A stretch of 64,000 nucleotides of DNA, taken from positions 25,366,014 to 25,430,013 of the forward strand of contig NC_057749.1 in the NCBI RefSeq assembly GCF_004010195.1. Reading direction: 5' to 3'. The notes under the pieces were generated by a model, which was not told where the DNA came from, did no database searches, and was given only the letters and a program-made list of their open reading frames with translations. Below are positions 49,459 through 62,914 of this stretch, piece after piece (positions within the stretch are counted from its first letter, which is position 1; every line of letters begins with the position of its first letter). Made by a program: the position numbers and the translations under genes. The DNA comes from Chiloscyllium plagiosum. Lineage: Eukaryota.

Positions 49459-49743
49459 TCAGCAGATGATATTCCCCCCCCCCCGGTAAGGGTCTGTCAC
49501 ATTTGCCCTGACCGCATCTAGCAGGAATACTGACAAGTCCTTGTTTTCACTGTTCATGATATTCTTCACATCTGTCAAAACTTTTTGTGAGGCGATTTCA
49601 TCAAAGAGGATCAGCTCATCAAAGACATTTCCGTCCTGCTTTAGTAATCTCCGTACCCTGACAAGAGTGCTTTCCAAAGGCAATGGTGGCAGGGGACCAG
49701 AGGTGTTGCTCTCTCGTTGGGGGTTAAATCTGAAGGTCGCCAA
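49459..49743 (-). pseudogene. Possible coding relic with a CARD/death-fold-like pattern
   Basis: 94-codon ORF with amphipathic pattern ...ILFDEIASQKVLT...SVFLLDAVRA. The same frame extends upstream through two TGA codons. No firm family assignment. Confidence 0.25.
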
Positions 49744-52217
49744 GCCTCAGCCGAAGGGTGAAGATGAGAACATGGCGTTCATTGGTGATCTCAGCTGGGC
49801 AGACTCACCAGGCAAAGATTCTCAATAGGTTAGCGCTGCAGCCAAATAAAAAGGTTTCACGACTTTAGGATCTATTATTTCTGCAATGTCTTGAAATCAT
49901 AGAAACATCCAGTATACACAAGGCACATTAAGTCTGTACTGTTTAAAAAATACACTACTGCCAGCTCTGGTCTCTCTTTCCAGCTCCAGATTCATGGCCT
50001 ATAAATGTTGTGACACTTCAAGTGCTCATCCAAGTACTTTTTAAAGGTTGTGAGTTTTCCCACCTCAACTACTTCCCAGACGGTGTATTCCAAATCCTGC
50101 ACCCACCCTCTGGGTGAAAGGATTTTCCTGAAATCCCCTCTAAACCTCCTGCCTTGCACTTTAAAATTCTGCCCCTTATTATTCACCCTTCGACTAAAGG
50201 AAGTGGCTGCCTTCTCTCCACCCTATCCATGCCCCACTTAATCTTATGCACCTCCAAAAGATCCCCCCTCCAACCTTCTCTGCTCCAAAGAAAAGAACCT
50301 GAGCTTATCCAGCCTCTCTCCATCGCTGAAATGCTCAATCCCGTGCCACATCCTGGTGAATCTCCTCTGCACCCCCTCCAGTGCAATCACATGCCTCCTA
50401 CAGTGCAGTAATCGGAACTGCACACTGTACTCCAGCAGTGGCCTAACCAAAATTCTGTACAGTTCCAAAATAACCTCCTTGCTCATATAATCTATGCCAC
50501 GACTGATAAGGGCAAGCGATCCTTCTGCCTTCTTAATCATCCAATCTGCCCTGCCACCTCAGGGATCTGTGGGCAAGCATCCCAAGATCCCTCTGTTCCC
50601 CTGAAATGTAGGCAACCTTAAGAGTAAAACATACTACTCTTCCTTCAAACTGTAACTCACTGATTGCTTTTCACATTGACTTGCAACCGTTCTGTTTTCG
50701 CATTGCTTAATTAAATTTATTTGAATAATTTGCAGTAAAAATAAACTGACTTTGAAGTATTAGCAGAACCGATTCTGAGTCACATTAAGTCTGCACGATT
50801 TCATGCAAGTTGATTGTAGTTAGATTTTGCAAAATTAGTCCAGAGTTTGTTTAAGCAATGCACTGTTGTTCATTCTATTGTAATATATAGCTGATGGGGC
50901 ATGGCTTGTTTGGAGATCAGACTGTGTTTGTTGCACGCTGAGACATGAAGGCATGCTTGTCAGTCAGCATTCCAAAAATAGAAGCAAGAACTATATGTTT
51001 AATATGTTTGTACATATGTTATCTTTGGAAATGGCGTAGTGGTATTATTGTTGGACTTTTAACTGAGAGAGCCAGGTCATGTTCTGGGGACCTGGGTTCA
51101 AATCCTGCCACGATAGATGGTGGAATTTGAATTCAATAATAATCAGGAAATAAGAATCTAATGATGTCCATGAAACCATTGGCAACGGTCAGGGCAAACC
51201 ATCTGGGTCACCAGTGTCCTTTAGGGAAGGAAATCAACCTTCGTTACCTGGTCTGGCCTATGTGTGACTCCAGACTCGCATCAATGTGGTGACTCCTAAC
51301 TGCCCTCTGGTCAATTAGGGATGGGTAATAAATGCTGGCCTGGTGACACTCTCATCCAGTGAATGAATTTTTTAAAAACCAGACAGTAACCCCAACAAAT
51401 TGCTTATGTAAAACCATGCTGCATTCACATGAAAAACAATTCTGCTTAGTCATTGTGAAGTCAAGGAAATTCATGTGATGATATTTATTTAACAGCCACA
51501 CCTGAAGGAAGGACATTTTTAGGAAGGTTCAAGCATTGAGTATTGTCAGAAATGTACAGGATGGAAAATGAACAAATGAGTCATAGCGTCATACTGCACA
51601 GAAACAGACCCTTCGGTCCAACTCGTCCATGTCAACCAGCTTTCCTAAACTGAACTAGCTCAATTTGTGTTTGGCCCATATCCTCTCCATGTACCTGTCC
51701 AAATGACTTTTAAATGTTGCAGTTGTACTCACCTCTACCATTTCCTCTGGCAGCTCGTTCCATAGACGCACCACCCTCTGTGTGAGAAATTTTGTCCCTC
51801 AGGTCCTTTTTAAATCTTTTCCCTCTCTCCTTAAACCTATGCCCTCTAGTCTTGACCTCCCCTACCCTAAGGAAAAGACCTTTGCTGTTCATCTTATCTA
51901 TTCCCCTTATGATTTTGTAAACCTCTATAAGGTCACCCCTCAACTTCCTACACTGCAGGGAAAAAAAAAGTCCCAGCCTTTCAAGTCTCTCCTTACAACT
52001 CAAAGCCTCCAGTCTTGGTAATATCCTTGTAGGTCTTTTCTGCACCGTTTCCAAATTAATAATATCCTTCCTGTAGAAAAGTTGAGCCTCACCAATGTCC
52101 TGTACAGCTGTGACATGACCTCCCAATTCCTATACTCACCAATAAGGCAAGCAAACCAAATGCCTTCTTCATTATCCTGTCTACTTATGACTCCACTTTC
52201 AAGAAAGATTAAAAGCA

Positions 52218-52556
52218 ATTTGCTTGCCTTCGAAAAGAAGGAGTTGAGTGAGTTTTGAGAAGATTTTTAGCCCAGGTTGAGGTTTTGGATGTAGCTTTGC
52301 TTGCTGAGCTTGAAGGTTAATTTCCAGACATTTCATCACCCTACTAGGTAACATCTTCAGTGGGCCTCAGGCGAAGCAATGCTGAAAATTCCTGCTTTCT
52401 ATTTATATGTTTGGGTTTCTTTGGGTCGGTGATGTCCAACCGGAACTCTATCAACAAATACATCGAGTTAGACCCCATCTACTACCCCCTGAGAAAAGTA
52501 ACAGGATGCGACTTCACCACAGGAAATGACATCATCAACCCAAAGAAACCCAAATA
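52218..52556. mobile_element. Penelope terminal fragment with internal inversion and hammerhead core
   Basis: Similar to 40170-40390. Left part is minus strand with CTGAAGA-TGTTACC-TAGTAG-GGTGAT-GAAATGTC (52360-52327). Right part is plus strand, and the two share an inverted ~30-nt segment. Confidence 0.7.
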
Positions 52557-55500
52557 TTAATTCAGCAATAGCCAAGTTGAGTTGTCAGGTTTAACTTGCT
52601 TACTTGAGGGGTCTTATTTTGTTTGCAAGAGGCAATAAAGTTGAATCATTGTTTCAGTGCTTAATTGTCTGTGAGATTTCTTAATGAGTAACTGAGTTAA
52701 AACTAACTTGTGGTGATTTATCCACAAGGGATGGTGAGTTGCTGGTACACGTCGCCAGGGGAGTTGGTTGAAGCAGACACAACAACAGCATTCAAGAAAC
52801 ACCCGAATAAAAAGTAAGGGAAGAGAGGGATATGGATCCTATGAGTGAAGACAGTTTTAGTATGGAAGGACAAAATGTGGCAGCCCAGGCTTGGAGGGCC
52901 GAAGGGCCTGTTCCTGTGCCATATTAGTCTTTATTCACAGCTGTAACTTCAACCAGTACAGGAATCAAACCCACTCTGTTGCTATCACTCAATTGTTGTC
53001 TCGCCAATTAAGCTAAAATGACTCCTTTAATGCCAAAAATAAATCCTGAATGGACTTTTCATTAAACAGATTGATGAACTCTCTGTCATTGTTTTGCCTT
53101 GTCTTTCTCTCTGTTCTTCCTCTCTCTCCTCCATTCTTTCTCCTCACCAACACACACGAGTGACCCCACCACCCAATCTCAATCATAGCCACCGTGCCTT
53201 ATGCAGTGATCAGGAGAGTGTTTCTGAACTGAGTGGTCCCTGTCAGGAGCAGCATTGTACCAATGATTACAACCTACTGAAGCTGTAATACAGGACCATA
53301 AGCACAAAAAATGGTGGCAGCAGCTTGCAATAGTCAGTGCAAAGCGATCCTGCAACCGATGGGTCTACCGTATCCAGTGGTAAAAGATGGAGGATAGTTA
53401 AATCAGTAACAGATGGGTCCACCAGCATCTGCATCATCAAATGATGGCAGAGCCCAACCCATGAGCGCCAAAAACTAGACCAAATTGATTTCAGCCGGAG
53501 ATGCTGCAGGGATGGTTGTCATGGACACCCCTCCATTGCAGAAGACGGTCTTCAGTCAGTTCAGTTGCCCCTGCTTTGATATCAACAAGTGCCTACAAAC
53601 ACTGGCCGTAGCGCAGACCTTGGGTCCTGACTTATTATCCTGGACTGTTTTATTGGAGAGACGTGCTGCAGAACTAGCTGTGTCCCTGACCCAGCTATTC
53701 CAGCAAATACCCGTGCCCACAGGACGGGGACTGCAACCTTTCAAGAGGCCAGCTTATCACCAACTAACCAAGGACAATTGGGAAGGGGTAACAAATGGTA
53801 ACCCAACAATCACAACCATGACGATTTTTATTTTTAGAAATATCACCACTTAAAAGTTCACTCTTTGTCCAACCTTTCCCGATATTTAGTGGCATTATTG
53901 TTTCTCGTTCCTGCTTTGAGTCAGTTTATGTTGTGAAAGACGCTGTTTAAATATAGATTGCTGTCGTCATTATTGAAGCTCAACAAAGCAAATGAGGTGC
54001 AAGCAGAAGATCAGTATAGGCACCAGGAAATGAGAGCTGTGAAAACAGCCCAGGTCATTAACAGGCCCAAAAGGGAGGGTGCGTTACGTAGCTGGATACA
54101 GACGGGCGCAGGCTAGGAATGAGAGTGTTCTGTCGGAAAGTGAGGGCGAGGCAGCAATTACAGCTGAGAAATTGCAGTGTTCACCTCATGGTTTGAGATC
54201 GGGGAGAGACCAGGAAAGTACAGAGGTGGCAGTATCAGCTCATCTCTGGAAAGTCTCTGGTTATCATCACGCTGACAGCATTTAAACTTAGACATTGCTA
54301 AAGAGGGACGCAAGTATGGAACTATTGTCTTGCGCTGATCAAGGTTGGGACACGAGAAAAAAAGAGAACATCGATTTATAACATTTAATACAGGAAGGCA
54401 TAGTTGATCTCTGTAGCACTGCAACCTCACAGTACCAGGCATCCAGGTTTGATTCCAGCCTCAGGCAACTGTGTAGAACATAGAACAGTCCAGCACAGTA
54501 CAGGCTCTTTGTCCGTTGATGTTGTGCTGACCTTTTATCCTACTCTAAGATAAAACTAACCAACATACCCTTCATTTTGCTATCATCCATGTGCCTGTCC
54601 AAGAGTCGCTTAAATGTCCCTAATGTATCTGGCTCTACCACCACCATTGGCAGTGTATTCTACACACCTATCACTCTCTGTGTAAAGAACCAACCTCTGA
54701 CATCTCCCCTAAACCTTCCTCCAATCACCTTAAAATGCTGCCCCCTTGTGATAGCCATTTCTACCCTGGGAAAATGTCATGGACTATTCTCTCTATCTAT
54801 GCCTCTCATTATCTTGTATACCTTTATCAAGTCACCTCTCACCCTTCTTCTCTCCAGTGAGAAAAGCCTTAGCTCCCTCAACTTTCCTTCTTAATGCATG
54901 CCCTCCAGTCCAGTGAGGCATCCTGGTAAATCTGCTCTGCATCCTCTCCAAAGCTTCCATATCATTCCTATAATGAGTAGACTCAATGTGCCAAAAGATC
55001 AGCTCCCATCCTGTGGGATTCCACGACTCTATATAATTAGCTAATTCTTCAGAATTGCAATTGTTGCATTGTGCAACATATAGCTATCCTCTGTGGTAAT
55101 GGGGAAAATGAGGCTGCAAGTGCCGTTTTTAGTGAGGTGGAGTTATGGTGTTGTGGGTTCCTGCAGTGGCATTCACATACAGGCTATCATCTCAAGTTAA
55201 AGATGGTAGAAATTCCTATCATGTGGATGACCAGGCTTTTGCTGTATGCCATCAGTATGTCTTGGAAGGAGTTGCAGGTTTACACTCAACCCATTTGACC
55301 ACATTGAATCCCTACAGAAGCAGGCCATTCAGCCCATCAAGTCAACATCGACCTTCCAAAGGGCACCTCACTCAGACCGTCCCCACCCTATCCCTGTATT
55401 TCCCTAGCCCACGCAGTCTGCACTTCCCTGTGTCACTCCATTCCCCCTTCCCCCTCCATGTTGAAGCAAAACGTTCAGAAACAAAGTATAGTTTTACCTC

Positions 55501-56479
55501 CTTCATCTTTATTCCTTGCCCTGGAGGGAGCGGGAACGATTGCCCATGTGCACAGAGACATGAGTTCACTGTCTTCTCTGGAAGAACAGTTTCTCAATGA
55601 ATTGTATAGTCATTTTACAGGGAGGAGCATCCAGATGAGGCAACATACATATTGATTGGGTGACCGTTACAATCAGCGAGTGTCAGTACTAAAGATAAAG
55701 CCATCTGCTGTTACACAATGAATAACTGGCTTCATATAGTGAATACTTTTCACCTTGTTAAACTGACCCCACATACTGAATATTTTAAATATTGTTAAAC
55801 GGCTCTACATAGTGACTGCTTTTCCAATTTGTTAACCCATTACCCTTGCTTCCAGCACCCCATTGTTAACTGCACGTTCTTATCTGCTCTGAGTCATGCT
55901 CAGCTGTACCTCTTGTTTCACAAACTCAGAACTTAACTCTTTCCCAGCCTGCTTATATCCTACATACATTCTCACCTGGACACTATGGGTAATAGATCAT
56001 GGCATATCCACCTAATCTGCACATCTTTGGACTGTGGGAGGAAGTCTACACAGACATTGGAAGAGCATACAAACCCCGCACAGTCACCCGAGGCTGGAAT
56101 CAAACCCGGGTCCCCTGGTGCTGTGAGGCAGCAGTGCTAACCACTGAGCCACTGTTCTGTAACACAGAGAAAGATCCTTCAGCCTATCACAACCAGTCAC
56201 CTAACTAATCCCACTTTCCATCCAATAGCTTTAGCATTGCAAGTGCACAGTTAAATAGTACTTGAATATGATGAGGGTTTCTGCCTCTCCCACTCTTACA
56301 GTTCCAGATTCCCACCATCCTCATATCTCCTCTAAACCTCCAGCTCCTTTCCTTAAATCTATGCTCGATGGTCATTGATTCTTCCACCAATGGGAAAAGT
56401 CTCTTCCCTTATGCTGCTCCCTATTTTATGCATCTCAATCATGTTCCGTCTCAATCTCCAGATCGCCCCTTGTGATCTC

Positions 56480-58584
56480 CAGATCACAGCGCTGTGTTTC
56501 TCCTGCCAATGTTACAAGCAGACGCTGAAATTGGAGGACCCTTTACAAAAGGTCCAAGGCTGTGTAAGGCCATCTCTGGGACTGCTTGGAATCAGTGGAC
56601 TGTTCACTCAACAGAAAATCTAGACACTTATCACTATCACGGACTTCATTAGCAAATGTGTGGAGCACTGCGCACCAAAGGAGTCAACCCAAGTGTTCCT
56701 CAACCTTGGATGAACCAGGAAATTCACTCCCTACTGAAGACCAGGTGTGCAGCATTCAAGTCAGATGACCCAGACCAATATAGGAAATCTAGATGTGACC
56801 TCCACAAAATGATCAGAGATGGCAAGAGGCAGGACTGGACCAAGTTAGAGGCCCAAACCTACGAAACACACTCCCACCACCTGTGGCAAGGCCCAAGCAA
56901 CATAACAGGATACAAAATGAAGCAGAGCAAGATGGTGGACAAAGACACGTCCCTCCCTGATGCGCTCAATGCTTTCTATCCTCAGCTTGAGTAGAATGCC
57001 AGCAGCGTGGTGACACCTGCCGTGACAGTGCCAGACATGCCTGTTCCCTCGGTCACCGCTGCAGATGTCAGGTCACTCTTCCTACGAGTCAACCGAAGGA
57101 AAGCGATGGGCCCGGACGGCGTCCCTGGCTGAGCACTCAGATCTTGTGTGGACCAGCTGACGGAGGTATTCACCGACATCTTTAACCTCTCTCTCCGACA
57201 AGCCAAAGTTCCCAGCTGTTCCAAGAAGACCACCATTATCCCAGTCCCGAAGAAAGCACATGCCTTAATAAGTACCGCCCAGTGGCTCTGATCTCAATAA
57301 TCATGAAGTGCTAAAATGGCCCACATCCACTCCAGTCTCCCAGCCTGCCTTAATGCCCTACAATTTGCCTACAGATGTAACAGGTCCACAGCGAATGCCA
57401 TGTCCCTAGCCCTGCACTCAACCCGGGAATATCTGGACAATAATGAGACCTACGTCAGACTCCTGCTTATTGACTACAGTGCCACCTTCAACACCATTAT
57501 CCCCTCTAGACTGATCTCAACATTCCATGATTTTGATCTTGGCCTTGCCCTCTACAACTGGATTCTCAGCTTCCTGATCCACAGACCACAATCAGTGAAG
57601 ATAGGTAACTGTACCTCCTCCACAATTACACTCAACTCAACCCCACCAAGGGATGCATTCTCAGCCCCCTACTGTACTTCCTGTACCCCCATGACTGTGT
57701 TGTCAAAGTCCAAACAATCACCATCTACAAGTTTGTGATGACACTACCGTGGTAGGTTGGATATCTAACAATGATGAGTCAAAATATAGGAGGGAGATAG
57801 AGGGCTTGGTGCTGTAGTACAATGATAACAACTTCTCTCTCAACATCAGCAAAATTAAATAACTGATCATTGACTTTAGAAAGAAGGGAGGAGGTCATGC
57901 CCCCATCTACATCGACAGGGCAGAGGTTGAGAGGGTGGAGAGCGCCAAGTTCCTCGGAGTGATGACAATTGACAACCTGACCTGGACTTCCCATGTAGAT
58001 GCAACGGTCAAGAAGGCACAACACCTCTTCTTCCTCAGGCAGCTCAGGAAATTCGGCATGTCCATAAGGACCCACACCACTTCTACAGGTGCACCATTGA
58101 CAGCATACTGTCCAGGTGCATAATGGCCTGGTATGGCAGCTACTCTGCCCAAGACCGTAAGAAACTACAGAAGGTTATGTGCAGAGCTCAGACCATCACA
58201 GAAGCCAACCTCCCATCCATGGACTCCATTTACATGGCTCGCTACCACGGAAAGTCTGCCAATAACATCAAAGACCCCTCCCACCCAGTAATGCTCTCCT
58301 ACATCTTCTTCCGTCAGGCAGAAGATACAGAAGCTTGAACACACACACACCTGCAGGTTCAGGAACAGCTTCTTCCCCTGTTACTAGACTGATGAATGGG
58401 CTGTCCAGCCTCAAACAATGCTGACCTTGTTAACATTGATCTCAGCTAGTGCACATCCTGTGCAATTTAACCTGTATGCCTCTTTCTAAGTTTTTTGATC
58501 TGTACCTCCTTGTGATCTGCCTGTACTGCTTGTAAACAAAGCTTTCATTGTACTTTGGTACATGTGATAATCAATCAATCAATC
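56480..58584 (+). mobile_element. Rex1/Babar-type non-LTR retrotransposon, 5'-truncated and degenerate
   Basis: PWMNQEIHSLLK, LQFAYR..RST, YVRLLLIDYS..FNTIIP and KFLGV...LTWTSH motifs, with stops and frameshifts. Ends in an (ATCA)n tail. Confidence 0.85.
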
Positions 58585-59880
58585 AGCCCTGAAGAAAACA
58601 ACCTCAGTCTGTCCAATCTTCTTTATAATTTAAACTCTCCCATTCAGGCAACATCCTCTTTACTCTCTCCAGTGCAACTACATCCCTCCTATAAAGTAGG
58701 TTCCAGACTACACACAGTACCCTAGCTGTTGCATAACCAGCATTTTGTACAGTTCCAGCATCACCTTCCTGCTCTTCAACTCTATGCCTTAGCCAATAAC
58801 AGCAAGTATACTTGATGCTTTCTTAACTGCTTTATCCACATGAGCAGGCAACTTCCTTGTCTGTGAGGTCTTGGAGTGGGACTTGAACCAGAGCACCTGG
58901 CTGTGAGGCAGGGACAATACCCACTGCGCCACAAGACCTGCGAGCAGAGTTTTAGGAGAGGTTGAATTTGTACCAGAGTGTAATCTGCTTGTGTAGGTAT
59001 ATAGTGTTGGAGATATGATTGCATTCAATCTGTACACAGCAAACTCCCAATAACAGCAATGTTTGGACAATTGGCTTTTGTGTGACATTGATTAATAGAA
59101 AATAAATTAGTCCAGAGTCTGGGAATAGTTCTTCTACTCTTCTTCAAAGTAGTGACTGAAGGTTCACAGTTCTTTGACGTTGGAATCACAAGTAGTCAGG
59201 GTAGTGAAGTTTAGTACACTTGCCTATATTGGTCAGTACATTGAGTATACGAGTTGGGATGCCATTTCACAGCTGTACAGGACCTTGGTTAAACTGCTTT
59301 TGGAACATTGTGTTCATTTCTGGTCTCCCTGCTGTATGAATGGGATGTTGTTAAACTTGTAAAGATGCAGAAAAGATTTACAAGGATGTTGCTGGGGTTG
59401 GAAGGTTTGAGCTATAGGGAGAGGCCAAACAGGCTGGGGCTGTTTTCCCTGGAGTATAGGAGGTGATCTTATAGAGGTTTATAAAATCATGACGGATGTG
59501 GATAGGGTGAATAGTCAAGGCCTTTTCCCCAGAGTAGGGGAGTCCAAAACTAGAAGGCATAGGTTTGAGGTGAGAAGGGAAAGATTTAAAAGGGACCTAA
59601 GGGACAACATTTTCACGCAGAGGGTGGTGTGTGTATGGAATGAGCTGCCAGAGGAAATGGTGGAGGCTGGTACACTTACATTTAAAAGGCATCAGGATGG
59701 GTATATGAGTAGAATTGAATTGAATTAGCTTTATTGTCACATTTACTCTCGTGAGAACAGTGAAAAGTTTACAAGTCGTCTCTTATGGTGCCATCTTAGG
59801 TACCAAGGACAAATTCTTGAGTACAGTAGGAAGGTTTTATAGGGCTATAGGCCAAATGCTGGCAAATGGTACTAAATTAA

Positions 59881-60208
59881 TTTAGGATAACTGGTCGGCG
59901 TGGATGAGTTGGACCAAGATTCTGTGCTGCATAGCTCTATGACTCTAAGATCTTTTACATTCACTTGAGAGAGCAGCCGGAGCTGTTGTTTGCTATTTCA
60001 TCTGAATGGCAGCATCTCTGACAGTGCATTAGATTAGATGATTAGATTAGATTAGATTACTTTAGGATAACTGGTCGGCGTGGATGAGTTGGACCAAGAT
60101 TCTGTGCTGCATAGCTCTATGACTCTAAGATCTTTTACATTCACTTGAGAGAGCAGCTGGGGCTGTTGTTTGCTATTTCATCTGAATGGCAGCATCTCTG
60201 ACTGTGCA
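59881..60208. repeat. 148-bp direct duplication separated by a (TTAGA)n tail
   Basis: 59881-60028 versus 60061-60208, three mismatches seen. Confidence 0.92.
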
Positions 60209-61129
60209 GCACTCCTTCAGGATTCTACTAGGTGTGCCAGCATTTAGTTCAGTGCTCACAACTTTGGAAAGGGATATGAATGCACAACTGTTAGACACAG
60301 GGGAGAGTGCTACCCACTGAGTCAGCCACTGACACAACTTATAGTTTCTTAGATATGGAAATTTTGTAACGGAGATGTGTGCGGTGTGAAATTTGTTTGA
60401 GTTGATCGATATAGTTTGTTCATAAAAAGGAACATTAGGATTGAAGCAGAAGTGCTTTGGTGTGTACACAATGTATATACATCTCTTCTCAGACAGATAC
60501 CAGGCTGAAATCTCATTTTAAAAGGTGGCCTTTAATTGAAATTTAAGCATGCAATGTTGCAGATTTGGTTTTCACAATGATATTGTGTAATATTGTTTAT
60601 TGTGTAAAAGAAATGAAGATAAAATAGAATAAACCAAACTATTGACTCATGTCACATGTTTAAAGATTTCAAAGCATTTAGTAAATATAGAGTTACAAAG
60701 TCCTACAGCATGGAAACAGACCCTTCGGCCCAACCAGTCCATGCTGACCATAATCCCAAACTAGACCAGTCCCACCTACCTGCTCCTGGCCTGTATCCTT
60801 CCAAACCTTTCCTATATAGATGTCTTTTAAATGTTGTAATTTTACCCACATCCACCACTTCCACAGGAAGTTCACTCTATACATTCTCTGTGTAAAACAA
60901 TTTGCCCCTCATGTCTTTTTTAAAAATCTCTCTCCTCTCACCTTTAAACTGTGCCCCCAGTCTTAAAACCCCCATCCTAGAGAAAAGACAACTATCATTA
61001 ACTCAATCTATACCCCTCATTATTTTATAAACTTCTGGAAGGTTGTTTATCAACTTCCTAAGTTCTAGTGAAAAACGTCCCAGTCTATCCAGCCTTTCTT
61101 TATAATTCAAACTTTCCAAACTGGCAACA

Positions 61130-61442
61130 TTAGATTAGATTAGATTACAGTGTGGAAACAGGCCCTTCGGCCCAACAAGTCCACACCGACCCGCCGAAGC
61201 GCAACCCACCCATACCCCTACATTTACCCCTTACCTAACACTACGGGCAATTTAGCATGGCCAATTCACCTGACCTGCACATCTTTGGACTGTGGGAGGA
61301 AACCGGAGCACCTAGAGGAAACCCACACAGACACGGGGAGAACGTGCAAACTCCACACAGTCAGTCACCTGAGGCGGGAATTGAACCTGGGTCTCCAGCG
61401 CTGTGAGGCAGCAGTGCTAACCACTGTGTCACTGTGCCACCC
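61130..61442 (-). mobile_element. HE1-type tRNA-derived SINE, full length, (TCTAA)n tail
   Basis: A box (tggttag) and B box (ggttcaattcc), V-SINE-like core and LINE-derived tail, inserted in a CR1. Other copies at 21377-21712, 22350-22662, 23438-23712, 43380-43750, 46660-46970, 47920-48130 and 55960-56150. Confidence 0.85.
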
Positions 61443-62914
61443 TACATTCTGGTAAATCACTTCTGAAACCTCTATATTAATAATTAATCCCAAAAGCATC
61501 CCTTTACAATATTTAGACCAGAGAGAATTCCTGTTATCCCCGTTGGGCTTAGTATAACTATGACTTAAACTCTCTGTCTTCAGTGTCTAAAAGCTTCCTC
61601 TTGGCACCTTCATACGTATGAGCTTAAATTTTCTCAGCTTCAAAAATCTCTTCAGTGTTTTAACCAAACACTTTTCATCTGGGACTTTGACTAAACTCCT
61701 TTTACTGAAATAATCGATTTCTTAACCATTCCAACAGACTTCTTTTCTCGAGAGGCATTGCTTTACTTATTCAGCTTCAGCCAAGGCCCTGTGAATGTAC
61801 CCAAACTGAAACTAAAAAAAAACTTCCCTCTTCCCTAATCAAAAGGAAAAACAAATCAATCCCTGACCTCTAAAACTGGAGACTAGTGCATAAATTTCTC
61901 CTCGTAAATAAAAACACATTATTCTTTCTCACGTGCTGTTTAAAAAATGGGAGGTGATGGCCTAGTGGTATTATCACTGGGTTATTATTCCAGAGACCCA
62001 GGTAATGTTCTGGGGGCCTGGGTTTGAATCCTGCCATGGGCAGATGGTGGAATTTGAATTAAATAAAAAGTCTGAAATTAAGAGTCTAATGATGACTCAT
62101 TGTTGAAAAAATCCATCTGGTTCACTAATGCCCTTTAGGGAAGGAAACTGCCATCCTTACCTAACTGCTAATTACTCTCTGGGCAATTAGGGATGGACAG
62201 TAAATGCTGGTCTAACTGGTGATGCCCTCATATTGTGAATGAGTTTTTAAAAATCACCACTGTAGCAGGAATACTCAGAAATTAATCATTAAATGCCTTC
62301 AGAACCATAGAAAACCACTATGCCACCTGTTTAAAAATTGAATAATCCCAAATTCAGAAATAATTAATATTAAAATATATACAAATCGCACACCTTATGT
62401 AACAATACTGAAAGGCCCACAGAAAAGCACATGCCCGTGTGTTACAGGCTGCAGCTTGGGGAAAAGGGACAATTCAGGAGGATCTATATCACACATTAAC
62501 GTTTCACTGAGGAAGACCACAACTGACATGCAGTCATTGGTGTGGAGCTGGAAAAGCACAGCAGGTCAGACAGCATCTGAGGAGCAGAAAGGTCAATGTT
62601 TCAGGCCAAAAGCCCTGGACTGGGGAGGAGGGGTTCCCAGAAATATATAGAGGGAGGGGGGTGAGGCTGGAACCCCCCCCCCCCCCCCGCCGACCAGCAG
62701 CACCACCAACAGTCAGTGGAAAATTGAGAAACAAACTTGTAAGGAGATCTCAGTTATCTATAAGAATAATAGAGTCGTTATGATAGGGGATTTTAACTTT
62801 CCAAACATAGATTGGGACTGCCTTACTGTTAAGGGTTTAGATGAAGATGAATTTGTTAAGTGTGTACAAGAAAATTTTCTGATTCAGTATGTGGATGGAC
62901 CTACTAGAGAAGGT

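Noticed and set aside
61360-61442. tRNA-like A/B boxes here and in other SINE heads
   Set aside because: These are SINE promoters attached to core and tail sequences, not tRNA genes.
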